A stretch of DNA of 63,083 nt, the filler included, from Rhabdomonas costata (Eukaryota): NCBI GenBank assembly GCA_019059605.1. It is 46 parts of 46 records of this genome, joined end to end, with 100 filler letters (N's around TTAATTAATTAA, not from the genome) between each part and the next. Parts side by side here need not be neighbours in the genome. Positions count along the whole stretch, not along the records: positions 49,454 to 50,726 come from JAHMHO010021089.1; positions 50,827 to 52,099 come from JAHMHO010021090.1; positions 52,200 to 53,472 come from JAHMHO010021091.1; positions 53,573 to 54,845 come from JAHMHO010021092.1; positions 54,946 to 56,218 come from JAHMHO010021093.1; positions 56,319 to 57,591 come from JAHMHO010021094.1; positions 57,692 to 58,964 come from JAHMHO010021095.1; positions 59,065 to 60,337 come from JAHMHO010021096.1; 38 more parts are not named here. One strand, written 5' to 3'. Shown piece after piece: positions 50,445-63,083 of this stretch. Below the pieces are notes generated by a model. It was given only the letters and a program-made list of their open reading frames with translations. It ran no database searches and had not been told where the DNA came from. The position numbers and the translations under genes were made by a program. Each line of letters opens with the position of its first letter. Within the stretch, counting starts at the first letter, position 1.

Positions 50445-51764
50445 CTGCACATAAAAGAACCCAGCGACCCAGACCCTGGTCTGGACGAATGTGTTCACAC
50501 CACAACATCCATGGCTCACTACACAGGGCATCCCCCAACACCAAGGGGAACACCGAAGCATCGTATATGACATGTCCGACTTCCAGGCGCCGATCTGGAA
50601 TGAGAAGCGTATTCGTGCATGCACTTTATGTCCTTCTTTTGTTCTGCGTTTGCTTCCTTCTTTGCATGCTCTCTAGAGATATGCAAATCGCAGGTCGCAA
50701 GGAGTGGGCAGGCAGTCGCAGGCTTTNNNNNNNNNNNNNNNNNNNNNNNNNNNNNNNNNNNNNNNNNNNNTTAATTAATTAANNNNNNNNNNNNNNNNNN
50801 NNNNNNNNNNNNNNNNNNNNNNNNNNTTGTTAATGCGAATTTATATATGAGCGGCCGTACCTGTTTCGAAGAATCATGGCTTGCTGGAAAGAAATCCATG
50901 TGGCCTTATCGATCTGCGAGGATGATGGCAATCGTCAATGGTCGCAATCGTTTTTTTGAATTTGCATTGGTTTCACGGTTGAACCGGGCAGCATCGTTCG
51001 AGCCGAAGAAGCACTTATGTTGGTGTTTCGGCTCGGACGCGCGTTTTAAACGTTGAAACGCACATAATAGAGCACATTTACACAACGGTAGTGGAAACTC
51101 CTCCATCGGATGGACCTCAGTTTCTGTGTTGAGTTGACTGTAATACTGCTGGTGACGGCTGATTTCTTTTTCCCCTTTGCTCCCCCATTCCCCGTGGTCC
51201 CCTTTCTTTTTCTGCCATTTATATTCTTTAGGACTCTACGGAGCTCGAGTGTGGGTCTGCGAACGTCAGTAAGGCACAAGGTCCTCGCTTTTTTTTTGCG
51301 AATACTTTGGTGGAGAGAGGGACCAATGGGATTTGTGTGTGATTTCCGCGTGCCCATAAATAGTGAATGCCATTTTAATCATAACCGTTGATTGCCTCGT
51401 TTCCCACGCGGACTCCGCTCTTCGTTCTGCCATGCATATCCTCATGGCCATATGTGCATGCATATACTTAAATAAATGATTTGCTATTTCCCCCACCTTC
51501 TTCCCAAATGCGCCTCTTCCAGCGCACGTTTTGGTTTCCACTTTGTACGAATTGATAAGCCCCACTAGCACTCATATTTGTGACCCCGTCTTGCTTCTTC
51601 CGGAGCACAAAACTGGTGGAGGGAGTTTGTGCGAAAACTCCGAAGTCGGTGCTCGCTTGGTTATGTCGGAATTAAACTTTTTTCATTGGGGTTGTAATTT
51701 TGTTTGCTTGTTTGTTGGGGTTGTTGTTTCCAGGTTGTTGTTATTGTCGTTCCTTGTCGACGTT

Positions 51765-51800
51765 TTGTTGTTGTTGTTGTTGTCGTCGTCGTCGTCGTCG
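51765..51800 (+). repeat. Compound (TTG)n(TCG)n microsatellite
   Basis: Directly visible. Confidence 0.9.
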
Positions 51801-52347
51801 AATGTCTTCCATTTCGAGGGCGCAGTCAGATGAAGGCACTTTTCGCCGGCAAACCCTTGTTGCAGGCTTCTTCGCCACACCACCATCTGGAGGTGTCGTG
51901 TTTTTCTCTCGCTCGCGAGCTGCTCTCATTCATTCATTTGTATACCCCCACCCACCCTCAATGCCATTGCCCGGCACGGCAAAGTAGAAAAGTTGTGATT
52001 CTGTTTTATTGTGCGTAGGTCACTTCCGTCAAGCACCGAGTGGTTGACTGCAGCGTTTTTGCGCACCAAAAATCCACCCCACCCCAAACACACCCACACN
52101 NNNNNNNNNNNNNNNNNNNNNNNNNNNNNNNNNNNNNNNNNNNTTAATTAATTAANNNNNNNNNNNNNNNNNNNNNNNNNNNNNNNNNNNNNNNNNNNNT
52201 CTCGCAAGAGGTTCCAGGTTTGTACGATTGTGGCAACGACGTTGGCACAAACGTCGTTGACGTCGTCTGATGTGTCCCTCTGGAGACCATCGGGGGTTTG
52301 TTTGAGGGTGGGCTTCCCCGATGGGAAGGTGGGTGGTGTGCGCGCAG

Positions 52348-53040
52348 CTCCTGCAAGACTGCACTGTGCAGATCCTGGACGCTGTTGGGGAGCTTCACAT
52401 CAGCGACTGCTCGGGGTGTCAGATCCTTGTCGGGTTTGTGCCCGCACTGTCCCCGGCGACATCTCACCGCACAGCTCACTGCCTTTGCGCAGCTATCAGG
52501 GGTCACCTAACTGCCACAGGAGGGACATGCGGCTCGCAACGACGATCAGACCCTCATACCTCAATCCTCAACCTCTAAAGATGCCCCAGTTGGTTTGGTT
52601 TTGGGGTTTACGGGTGAGGTCAGCTACTGATGGAGTTATGTGGGTTTGCATTGAGAAAGGTTAGAGATTAAATCACTTCCTAGCCGAGGGAGCTGATTGT
52701 GTTATCGACATTTCCTGAGTGTCACGCCTCTTGGGCGGAAAAGACCTCACTCTTAACGCTCACCTGCTACTGCTTTTGCCTTTTCCACCACAAGCTGACG
52801 AACCATCTGTTGCTGTAACCTTTCCTGCCGGATAGGCCTGCGAGTGGGCCCGCAGTGGGATCCTGCCTGGACGACTGTGTGCTGCATTTGGCCTCGAAGG
52901 CAGTGCGGCTGGAGGACTGCTCGCAGTGCACGGCCTTCCTGCACTCTGCGGGCCAGGGCCCCACCCTCTCGGGGTGCACCGGGCTACTCTTAGGACCCTG
53001 GGCGGCCTCCCTGCCTGGTTTGGCAGCCCTCGTGGCGAAG
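52348..53040 (+). CDS. TBCC/C-CAP (RP2-like) beta-helix domain protein, exons about 52348-52433 and 52836-53040
   Basis: LQDCTVQILDAVGELHISDCSGCQILVG|PASGPAVGSCLDDCVLHLASKAVRLEDCSQCTAFLHSAGQGPTLSGCTGLLLGPW. Confidence 0.88.
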
Positions 53041-54370
53041 GTAAGTGCGCTTTTCACCTGGCCTGCGACTTTGCAACAGTGAAAGTGGAGTGACGGCAGC
53101 AATGCAGAACAAGAAAGCATCAGTATGCACCGGGAGCGAGAAGACCAAGGGCAAAAGTCCAGACGTTCAAACGTTTTCGCACCTTTCCGTAGACCTTATC
53201 GGGCATACGTGCATTCATGCCCCCCCCCTATCAAGTGCATTTATGGGCCCCCAACCTGCCGGAATCCACACATGCACGTCTAACAAATGAAAGCCCCTTG
53301 GTTCTTGGGCCGCGTAGCGCTCCGCCGCCCAAGACATCCTCGAAAGAATCTCGGGACGCGTGCATCGCCACCTAACCCCCTGAAAATTTTCTACTAGAAT
53401 CCCAGGGGACCACCTCCTAACCCCATGCACCTCTACTTAAGGGGTCCATAAAAGAACCAGTTCACCCCCCCANNNNNNNNNNNNNNNNNNNNNNNNNNNN
53501 NNNNNNNNNNNNNNNNTTAATTAATTAANNNNNNNNNNNNNNNNNNNNNNNNNNNNNNNNNNNNNNNNNNNNGCTGGTTGACTGGTTGTTGGTGACCACT
53601 CTGGACTGACTGACCGGGCGCACGCGCTGTTGGCCGCGGGTGCTCGCGAGAGGTGCCGTTGGAGCGAACGGTGTCGCGGGGAACCAGAATTGGTTCACCG
53701 CCTAACGTATAACATCTGGTAACCTCCCTTCTGCCGCACGAGTCCCGGGCCGAAACAGAGTAATGTAGTGCGTGTGGCGAGCGCAAAGCGCTATGGCTGA
53801 AGGAAAGCCCAAGTCTCGATCCTCTGGTGATACTGGGGAACCTGGTCTACTGCACTTACTGCGTATGCCGTCAACGTGGTGCGGGTGGTTTCTTTCCTGG
53901 CGCTCTGCTGGAGTAAGCTGCAGCTAAGCGGAAATGCCAATTTGAAACTGCTTCTGGAAAGACGGAGGCCGGATGAGTGTGTGCGCGGGTGATTAACCTT
54001 ACGAGGGTTGCTGAATGCCTACATGCCTACATGCCTACACCCCTGGGATAGGGGGCCGCGCACTGGGTGTTCGAGAGTTCGCATCGGATCTCTGACAGAA
54101 AACCATATAAAGGACCCGCTCAAAACCTGAACTATGGTCGCCGTTGATGGGGTCGTTCGTGACAGGATCCCAGAGGAGCGTTATGGTCTTAGCTTCCTAT
54201 TTGCCCCTAACCTAATCTATATGTAATCGGCACTCCTTCGGCAGTGTGTCTTTTTTTTATGTCAAGGAGTTTCAATGGAGGACAAGGACCCTTTTCTGGC
54301 TCTGTTGGAGTGCGTGCGGGATGGACATTTGCTGTGACGGTTCCTTTTCTGAGCTTCGTTTATTGACAGA

Positions 54371-54502
54371 GTCAGGGTTAGGTCAACTGGCCCACTCCCC
54401 CTGTTATTCAGTTATTCAGAGCGTCAGGGTTAGGTCAACTGGCCACCTCCCCCTGTTATTCAGTTATTCAGAGCGTCAGGGTTAGGTAAACTGGCCTCCT
54501 CC
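54371..54502 (+). repeat. 52-bp tandem repeat, about 2.5 copies
   Basis: gtcagggttaggtcaactggcc... starts at 54371, 54423 and 54475. Confidence 0.92.
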
Positions 54503-54949
54503 TAGAAAAAGGAACACTGCCGAAGGTATGCCATGTAATCGATCTAATCTATGTATTCGTAGAAGTATACCCCTTTAGAGAGAGGACAGCAGGATCAGAG
54601 GCCGCCGCACAAGGCAAAAGGGTGCACTACAAACTAAATTCACTCACTGAAAACCCGCCAACACAAACAGCCTGTCACTCGAAACCCATTCTGAGAAAGA
54701 AGCATACCACTGAATGCAAAACAGCAAACAAAAACAAAAAAGCTCGCAACTTAACTCTCACAAAAATACCTTGCACAGGGTCCGGGTCGTAGCGCTGCTT
54801 CAGAGTGGACACCAGAGGCTTCGAACCGTCCGTGTCCACCCACAANNNNNNNNNNNNNNNNNNNNNNNNNNNNNNNNNNNNNNNNNNNNTTAATTAATTA
54901 ANNNNNNNNNNNNNNNNNNNNNNNNNNNNNNNNNNNNNNNNNNNNTTGT

Positions 54950-55148
54950 GTGTGTCAATCCCGGGGATCGGGTGGAGATTCGGGTGGACCGCAGCGACCC
55001 CAGCGACCCCATGGGGGGCACAGCGACCTTCGCGGTGAACGGGGCGGTGGTGTGGGGCGGAGAGCCTGTGCTAAGGTTGGGCTTTACAGAGGACTGCTTT
55101 GTAGTGGTGTCCATGTACTTTGGAGGGAAGAGGGTTCGCGTTGTTTAA
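54950..55148 (+). CDS. Last exon of a SPRY/B30.2-like domain protein
   Basis: NPGDRVEIRVD....GTATFAVNG...FVVVSMYFGGKRVRVV*. Confidence 0.6.
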
Positions 55149-56832
55149 ACGAATGGCTTTGCGCTGTCTCCTACTGACCCTTTTTGACCCGTTGCTTCTC
55201 GTTGGACCTGTTCTTCCTGCACCACCTGAAAGTTCAGTGCTCTTCATCTGCAACCTTCCTTTCGTTGCCTACCTTGTTTGCGTGGCGAGGGCCAGTCCTC
55301 TCTCATCGTTTCCTGTTCTTCTCTTCCCCAGTGAAGTACTAATCCCAGAATCTCGCAGTCGCGTGTCCTCTTGTCCTTTGGTCCTCTGTTGTATGTTGAT
55401 CACCTTAGTCTTAGCGCTCTCTCAGGCCGCCCGATTCTCCCCTTCGCCCGGTTTCCAGCTCCCTTTTCACATACACTGCCTCACCCGAACACAAGAGAGA
55501 GAAAGAGAGGGAGGAAGGGAGGGAGAGACACACCCACAAGCAAAGAGACCCCTTTCCCGTTTTCCCTTTTGCCCTCCAGTGCGGTTCTCATCTCTCTTCC
55601 TTCGCAGACCACTGACCACTGACCGCTGTGCGCGTTTTCCTCTGCTTTTGTGCAGGCACCTTACACACACCCTTTCCTTTCACCTTTTCTTCAGTACTTG
55701 TTGTTATCCTTTGTATCCTCTGCGCACGGCGCGGGCATTCTTTCCACCTGCTCTGAGAACTTCCACTGTCTTATCGCATGTCTCCATCTCTCCTGCTCTG
55801 CTGACCATTCAGATGTGCGATTTATTCTGCTCTTTTGCTTTTGTGCGCGCACCCTTACACCCCTCCCTTTCTTTTCCTTTTACCTTTTCTACCTACTTTT
55901 TCGTCAACCTTTGTATTCACTTCACATCGCGCAGGCATTCTTTCCGCTTGGCTTGCTCTGAACTTCCTCTCTCCTCTCACATACCGCACCCCCATTCCAT
56001 TGCCTTGCGATGTGCTCTCCTCCTCCCAATTCCGCCCCTTCTTTGGTCAGCCCCCCTCCCGTCCCTCACACATACGCAGACCTCCACCAATTGCGCTTTG
56101 CTTGCACGGGGTCACCGCTTTATAGGCAGGGGAGGATGGCTATTGGGTGATTTGCGATGAACTGACAAAGAAAGTAGGAGGAGGTGAGTGCAAGAAAGTC
56201 GGTGTGCCCACCCACACANNNNNNNNNNNNNNNNNNNNNNNNNNNNNNNNNNNNNNNNNNNNTTAATTAATTAANNNNNNNNNNNNNNNNNNNNNNNNNN
56301 NNNNNNNNNNNNNNNNNNTTTGTTGTTTATTTTACTTATGAGGTGACGCGGTCGATTCGTTTTATTTTACCTGAAGAAAATGTTTTATAGTGTCGAAGGG
56401 GTCACGAAACCACATGTCCGTGTCCAGAGTCATCATGATAAAGGGTGAAGAAAGAAAGACGTCTTCATATTGTCTTTTGTTGCTTTTATACACTTAATTG
56501 TGCTGCTCAGACCAAATGGAGAAAGCCGCGGAGCAACAGCAGCGCGTGGCTGAGGAGAACGACGAGGGATCTGATGCCGAGTTTAATGTATCACTCCCCA
56601 TCGCACGCGCAGAGACGTGTCTCCTCTGTTTTTTCTGGGGATGCGGTTGGCTTACCCCTCGAATTCTTTTGCATTGTTTAGTCAAATGATATAGGCTTTG
56701 CTTCGTCATCAGGTATCGGCTGTGATTTCCGATTCGAATGTGGAACGAGGAATCCCATGAGAAAGTATTTCTTACCTAAATTCCGGTCTTTTGACTTCCT
56801 CCGCACTTATCCTTCCCTCATGTGGGGTGCAG

Positions 56833-57308
56833 GACATGAAGCACGCCGTGGCCGCGATGGTTGCGACCCTGGAGCAGCTGGGACGGCGTCGGCAGGCTCG
56901 CCGGGGCCGCCGTGAGGAGGCCTACTCCGGGCTATGGGTGGGTTTGGGTCAGGGTGCAGCCTCCCTAAGGGCCTCCGCGGCCCAAAGAAGCCCCGCGAAG
57001 GCCCTGGTAGCGCAGCATTGCCAGGCCGTGGTTGAGGAGGCCCGTCAGCTCAGCGAAGGTGTCGATTGTCCCTCAACCCCTTCCCCTCCCCTTGGCTGTT
57101 TGACTTGTCATCACCGGTCGCCTCTCATGTTGCTCCTTCTTTGTCACTGTCTGCGGGTACTATTTTTGGGGGGTCTACAGAATACCAAAAGAGCTACTTG
57201 GATGTCTCCGAGACGCTGCAAGACCGTTCTGAGTCCCACGGCCGGGCTTGCCAGCAGATTGAGCAATGTACTCAGGAGCTGTCGCGCAAGCACGGGGAGG
57301 CTTCGGAG
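56833..57308 (+). CDS. Coiled-coil hypothetical protein, exons 56833-57058 and 57181-57308
   Basis: Phase-1 GT-AG intron joins ...EEARQLSE|EYQKSYLDVSETLQDR... Confidence 0.7.
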
Positions 57309-58560
57309 GTCCACGTCTCTTTGCCCAATGTCATGCTTCCCCTTGCTGTCGTTAGGCCCACCTTTTCCGTTCTTAAGCGGCAACGCCCACCCGACTGTGG
57401 CTTTCGGCTTCTGACCCTCCGGGGATGGCGATCGATCCACTTACACTGGAGATCCTCCAAGAAAAGAACCCCACCTTCGAAGGAAAACGAGCAGTTCCTC
57501 CGATGGACATTTAGCCTATATTGCGCATTTCTTCGTCTCATCGCTATCCCTTTCCTGCGCACCCCACCCCCTCACTCCGCCACAACAAAAANNNNNNNNN
57601 NNNNNNNNNNNNNNNNNNNNNNNNNNNNNNNNNNNTTAATTAATTAANNNNNNNNNNNNNNNNNNNNNNNNNNNNNNNNNNNNNNNNNNNNTTGTGGTGG
57701 GAACGTGCGAGAGGAAGGGTTGACTGCTTGTGGATGTTTTGATTTGTTGGCTTCGAAACAACGAAAAAAAAAAGTGTCGGTGCACTCTGGATATGTGCGC
57801 AGATGAGGCCTTTGACAAGTTTTGTCTTGCTTTGTTTCTTCTCGCGAGTGGAAGGGAAGCGAAAGCAAGCTCAAGGTGGTTGAAAACCGAAACAAGCTGA
57901 GGTGAGGGGGTTATTTGATATCCTCCATTCCACACTTTGGGGGAGGTTCATTCAGGTGGATGGTTGTTGCCTCTTCTAGATTCTTCCATCCTGTGTTCTT
58001 CCTTTCTTTTAAACCCCTACTTGTCGACCAATGTTATAATTTCAAAAAAACAATCACAAGGCCAAGGGTGAAACGAGCGGACACCGAGACCGTCTGCTAC
58101 TCCTTCTATTCCATGTTTTGAACTCATGCAGTTTTCATTGAAGACCCAGAACGAAAGAGTTGTGCTGAGTGCGCCGGGAAGTGGAAATGGTTTTATCTGG
58201 GGAGGACGTGCTCAACAGGACTTCTAGCGTTTTCACAAACCCAGGGAACTTGCCCCACGCACCTTGGGGATGTTGAGAGCTTTTTTGGCTTCTGGCGCCA
58301 CGGGTTTTCATTCGTAAAAAGAAAAGGCTATTCACGAGTACTACAGTACTCGTTCCTCTGAAACTACATGAATACTTTGGGGAAAGAAGAGCGGATATAT
58401 ATGAAGAAAAATCCAAAATTTGCCCGACATAATCACTTAGTAATGGCGTTTTAAGGACATGGACAGTGGAACTGGAGATTTGTATTTCAGACAAAAAGAC
58501 AAAAATTCACTGCAATTCTAGGAAATTCATCACTGCATCTGTCTTTTCTTTCTTTCACCA

Positions 58561-58623
58561 ATGTCGGAGCCCAATCAGGCAAAAGTTCAAGTTGCAGTTC
58601 GGATAAGGCCACTTTTGGACAAG
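58561..58623 (+). CDS. Kinesin motor protein, first coding exon
   Basis: MSEPNQAKVQVAVRIRPLLDK followed by aag|gtttg; V.VAVR.RP is the first beta strand of the kinesin motor. Confidence 0.85.
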
Positions 58624-58780
58624 GTTTGTGGCTTGGAGTTGTTGTCTTGATTGGTATGCTAATAGCATATAAATTACACATGGACACAAATTTTTGACGA
58701 AAAGATGTGAGACAGAAGAGGGGTGAGGGTGGGCTAGAGTCCATTACACTGTTGGGATGTCAGATAGCAAGCAAATGTTA

Positions 58781-58957
58781 TGTCAGATGTCAAAAAGCTT
58801 TCCCAAACTTGTGTCAAACTACAGGGCATGGGCTCGCGTGAATGCCACGAGAAATGGGGCCGCTGAACAACGATCCACCACTTTCTGGTCTACCGAACAC
58901 GTCTAGCGCACGTCTGTAGTTTGACACAAGTTTGGGAAAGCTTTTTGACATCTGACA
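58781..58957. repeat. Contig-terminal inverted repeat (44-bp arms), likely an artefact
   Basis: tgtcagatgtcaaaaagctttcccaaacttgtgtcaaactacag and its reverse complement, which ends at the contig edge. Confidence 0.9.
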
Positions 58958-61810
58958 ACCACACNNNNNNNNNNNNNNNNNNNNNNNNNNNNNNNNNNNN
59001 NNNNNNNNTTAATTAATTAANNNNNNNNNNNNNNNNNNNNNNNNNNNNNNNNNNNNNNNNNNNNCCTAGCGAAAGAACTTAAGTGATCAAGTTAGCCTTC
59101 TGTACCTAGACGCCCCCACGCACGAGAGGCAACGGAAGAGTAAGCGAGTAGAAGGGTAAACCGGAGTGATGCTGGAACCATATGCGTTTAAGTGGGACGA
59201 GCCCATGGTAACAGTATGACGTACAGTAGCATTGAGTAGCATTGAGTAGCCATGACCGGTAAACCCCTCCGGAGGAAGCTAGAAGGTCAGGCCAAGGCTC
59301 AACCCAGCCAACATCAGCCAATAGGTGGTGTATGCATGTGGTAGCCCTACAACATAGCAGTGGTAGTGGTACGCATAGCATGGCAGCCAACCAGATGGTG
59401 ATGCCAGTGGTAAGGGGTAGTGGTACGCATATGCCACACCTCCACTGAGTGATGATGTTGGTGGTAGCAGTGATGTCCTCCTCCAGCAATGGTGGTTGAC
59501 GGAGCTACCCAGTGGTGTTGGTGTCCGTGTCATCATGGTAGTGCATGCTGCTAGGATGATGCTGGTACCGATGCTGCGTAGTGTGGTTGATGCTGTTCCT
59601 ACCCTCCGCTGATGGTGGTGTGGTGAGGAGTAGCAATGCCCACTCTCAGGTGGTGGAGTGGAAGGTGCATGCCAGCTGCCAACCGAGGATGAGGAACGCT
59701 AACCCTACACCTTCACCTTAACCTCCCACCATCACTCTTCATGTCTTCACTGTGGCTACGCCCGGTCGGAGTGAGTGAAGGTACCTTATGGTGGTGGAAC
59801 GAACGAAGAGACACGTGTAGAGAGTGGTGATGTTGATGGTGAGTTGGTGAGTGAGCGTAACCACCTTATGGTGGTGGAGCGAGCAGTAGTGGTGAGGAGG
59901 AGTGAGAGGAGCGACGTGAAGGATACATTCTTTAACCATAGTTCACTCCCCGACATAAGTCGGTACGTTCACTGGGTCACATTCGCAATCACTCACTGCG
60001 TTCGTGATGCTCATGTTCCTTCTATGCGTTCTATCGATCACGGTTCACATTCACACTCGCTGCGCTTTTGTTCATGTTCACATCTGTATGTATTTGTATG
60101 ATGGTCGTCACACTCGCTCCTTGCTACGCAATGTCGCTCCTGTTCCTTCTGTTGTCATGGTCGTCACATTCGTTCCTCTCGCTACGCTCGATGTCACTCA
60201 TGTTCCTCCTGTATTTGTATGATGGTCGGTCGTCACTGCGTTCCTCCCTCCGGTATTCTTTCTTTTGATCACGTGTCGTCATGATGCTCGGTCCCTCGCA
60301 TCATTCCTCCAGTTGATGGTTCGTTCCACCCAACACANNNNNNNNNNNNNNNNNNNNNNNNNNNNNNNNNNNNNNNNNNNNTTAATTAATTAANNNNNNN
60401 NNNNNNNNNNNNNNNNNNNNNNNNNNNNNNNNNNNNNGTGTGTGGATTCTCAGTTGGTTGGCAGTGGTGCGTTGGATCTGGTTATGGTGCGTATATTGCT
60501 TTGGTATCAGCCCTTGTTTGTCGCGTGTGGTTCCTCAGTTGGGACAGAGGATGACATTTATGGGTTTTCGGTTGCGTGTCTTGGTGTGAAGGTTGATGCC
60601 GTTCATGAGCGCGTTTCTTCTAGCCACTTTTGGTTTAAGACGAGGCGCAGTCACACGCGACCTGTCATCAATCCTCTTGCTAGGACCGTGTTTGCCGTGG
60701 TGGGTGGGCTGAAACAGCGACTTCTATTTCAGGACTTCGACGGGCACCCGTTTACCGGGCGAATTCTCATAGGCAGGCAAATTTACCGGGTCACCTTCTT
60801 GAAACATTGAAACATTGCATTTCATCAAATGGGTACAAGTTAACGACCTTATCTGTATTAGCAACCAGCTGTGGCGGCCACGGGTGCCGCGGGAGCAGCT
60901 TGATTTTTGAGAAAAACTGCGGGTTGTAAAAATTCAGGGCCTTCGTCTTTAGCAGTTCGAGCCCTCTACGCTAATCGACCACGGCGATTTCGGGAACCCC
61001 CGGTCCTTAAACAAACCGCCAAATCTCCACCAATTGGCTTTATCTGTCCGTCTGGCGCCGGCGCAGACGCGCTACCGAGGCAAACGTGCATTCAAAACCC
61101 CCGTTAAGGCGGCGATCTCTGAACATTAGATGCTGTGCGACCTCTGTGGCGACGCCTCTCCTCGCTAGCTGGCGTTGAATCTCCCCCTCGGGGGTATGCT
61201 CGCCTTCTCTGGGGGTGGATTTAGCCGGGCTTCTCTGCCACCACCTGGTGGTAACGTCTGGTGCTGTAGGATCTCTCTTCTCTCTGAAAACTACCAACTT
61301 TGCCACGACGTGACAGGTGGTACTTCGCTGAGATCCTCCACACCGTCCTTTACGACCAAAAACTGGTCAAATCAGGACAACCCATGCCAGCGGCGGTCCA
61401 CGTTCTCTCGGAAATGGTGTGAAAGCGACTGGGTGGACTGAAACGTCACCACCGCCAAGAACGCCTGAGTAAACGACCATGACGATCACGGCCTGAATCA
61501 ACCAACCAAAATAACGACTGCAAGATGGTTGTCATCAATAGCTGACAGAACAAAGTGCATTCACATCGCCAGGCTGGGCGGAAGAACGACGCTGGCACAA
61601 CGCACAACGAAAACTAACAAGCGGTGAGAGAAACGTAGAAGAAAAAAGGTACGCCGAGAAACCGGCAAGCCGGCAACTGACTCGGAAAAGTGCACCAACA
61701 GCAACCAGGANNNNNNNNNNNNNNNNNNNNNNNNNNNNNNNNNNNNNNNNNNNNTTAATTAATTAANNNNNNNNNNNNNNNNNNNNNNNNNNNNNNNNNN
61801 NNNNNNNNNN

Positions 61811-62006
61811 TTTTGAACCAAGTCATCCTTTTCTCACAAAGATCACACAGAGATCCAGGACTCATTCACCAGTGGCTCACACAGAGGTCCATTGACATCC
61901 TCAACGCCGAGTTTTCGGGCACTACAGGTCCTAAGGGAGAGCCACTGGTGAATGAGTCCTGGATCTCTGTGTGATCTTTGTGAGAAAAGGATGACTTGGT
62001 TCAAAA
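61811..62006. repeat. Contig-terminal perfect inverted repeat (about 68-bp arms), likely an artefact
   Basis: Exact reverse-complement arms from the first base of the contig. Confidence 0.92.
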
Positions 62007-63083
62007 GCGAAACCATGAACTGTTGGATGATGCACTGCCTCAAGCCCTCATTTTCATGGGGGCTTCGGCAGAGAATTAAGAGAGCATCCCTTTCCAAGGG
62101 CCGTGAGCACGCTGAGTGGCGGGGTGGAGGTGCTTGGATTGGTGTGTGCCTGGATGGCCGAAAGTCTCACTCCCCCACTAGGGGTACGCAGAGTAGAGGG
62201 TGATCTCTCTGTCTCTCTCTGGCAGAGGACATGCTATATACATAGGCGTTGGGTATCAGGGAAATGTGCACTCAGGAATGTTACTAAGTGGGGAAAGAAC
62301 TCTTTCGTCGACTTGGTCGCCATCCAGTTATCCTGAAATATTCCAGCACGCGACTCGCCATTTGACCCAACAAAACCTATTCCTATTAAGCTTGCCTCCG
62401 CCAACCTGCTGGAGATCGATATACGCTCTCGCTGCTCTCAGACATAGATGCTGGGAGGTTCCCAGTCCAGTGTGGCCACGGTCGGAGCAGCGCCTTTCTC
62501 TCTTCTGGCTACCGACTCAAACCTGGTAAAAAAAACAAAGGGAGTCAGTGTTGGGCCCACATGGTTTTGTGGTTGTTTAAAAACACCAGTCAATTGTTCC
62601 CGTGCGGCGCTGACCGGCACATGGTGCCAGACTTACATTCACAGTTGGCAGCTGCAGGACTTTCTGTACAGCTTCGCTGTAGCAGTGCAGCAGCAGCTGC
62701 AACATCTGCCGCATCAGCCCATGCACATCCCCAGCCGTCTCCTCAGAAGTCGTCGAACGGCTCCAACGGTTCCAGCCTCGGGGCCTTCTCAGCCCACTCC
62801 ATAGATACCGCGAGGTCACGACAGTGCACTCTGGGAGCTTAGCTTCTGCTTTCACCTCACTCTTCCTGGTGCGGCACGTGCAGCCGAAGACGAATCCTGC
62901 ACAGAGACAACCACTTTCCTCTGCTGATATTTCAGCTTCAGCTGCATCCTCCACAGAGAACCTGCCGCTCCCTTAATGGGGTCACCAGCACCATTCGTTG
63001 CACTCCCACCACCGTTGCACAGCTGCTGTCGGACAGCGCTCCTTCGGCAGCCCGCAAGGCAAGCCCGGGACACCACCCACAAC

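Noticed and set aside
52708..52725. tttcctgagtgtc resembling the Euglena spliced-leader start
   Set aside because: Short partial match inside an intron, with no T-run-CG|GT donor after it
54777..54840. tRNA B-box-like GGTTCGAAGCC...TCCA on the minus strand
   Set aside because: No cloverleaf or A-box; it reads as an exon (VDTDGSKPLVSTLKQRYDPDPVQ) ending in caag|gtattt
55120..56160. 346-aa ORF, the longest in the track
   Set aside because: L/F/S/P-rich product of pyrimidine skew, with no domain, overlapping the end of a more credible exon
61811..62006. Perfect hairpins as pre-miRNAs, MITEs or hairpin telomeres
   Set aside because: All abut contig edges with essentially no divergence, which fits foldback chimeras
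62200..62650. Trypsin-like protease remnant (VDLVAIQL...GGSQSSV)
   Set aside because: Similarity is too weak and interrupted, with no catalytic His or Ser motifs

Overview
This is not a contiguous locus. It is 46 unrelated contigs of about 1.27 kb, joined by a synthetic 100-nt linker (N44-TTAATTAATTAA-N44, stops in all six frames), so adjacency across linkers means nothing. The DNA is eukaryotic nuclear, with short GC-rich exons split by spliceosomal introns that have degenerate GT (probably also GC) donors and CAG/TAG/AAG acceptors. Exons spliced by hand give fragments of major vault protein, pyruvate:ferredoxin/NADP+ oxidoreductase, midasin, AP-4 epsilon, RuvBL2, TrpB, a kinesin, an OTU deubiquitinase with its catalytic motifs, an alpha-kinase, a probable pseudokinase, a polycystin-1-type GPS motif, a FUT8-like glycosyltransferase, an MFSD12-like transporter, and WD40, SET, TBCC, EGF, IPT and SPRY domain proteins. 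Mobile DNA includes a CRE/SLACS-clade retrotransposon ORF in an intron, a degenerate foldback element of about 890 bp, and decayed Merlin-like, LINE-like and DEAH-helicase remnants. The gene mix and possible trans-splice acceptors suggest a euglenozoan (euglenid-like) protist, but this is inference only. G/T-rich contig starts, C/A-rich contig ends and near-perfect contig-end hairpins look like library artefacts. I found no convincing new multi-gene system. The best leads are the foldback element, the intronic CRE element, the unusual splice signals, the pseudokinase and the PFO isoform. All family calls come from motif recognition, not database searches.
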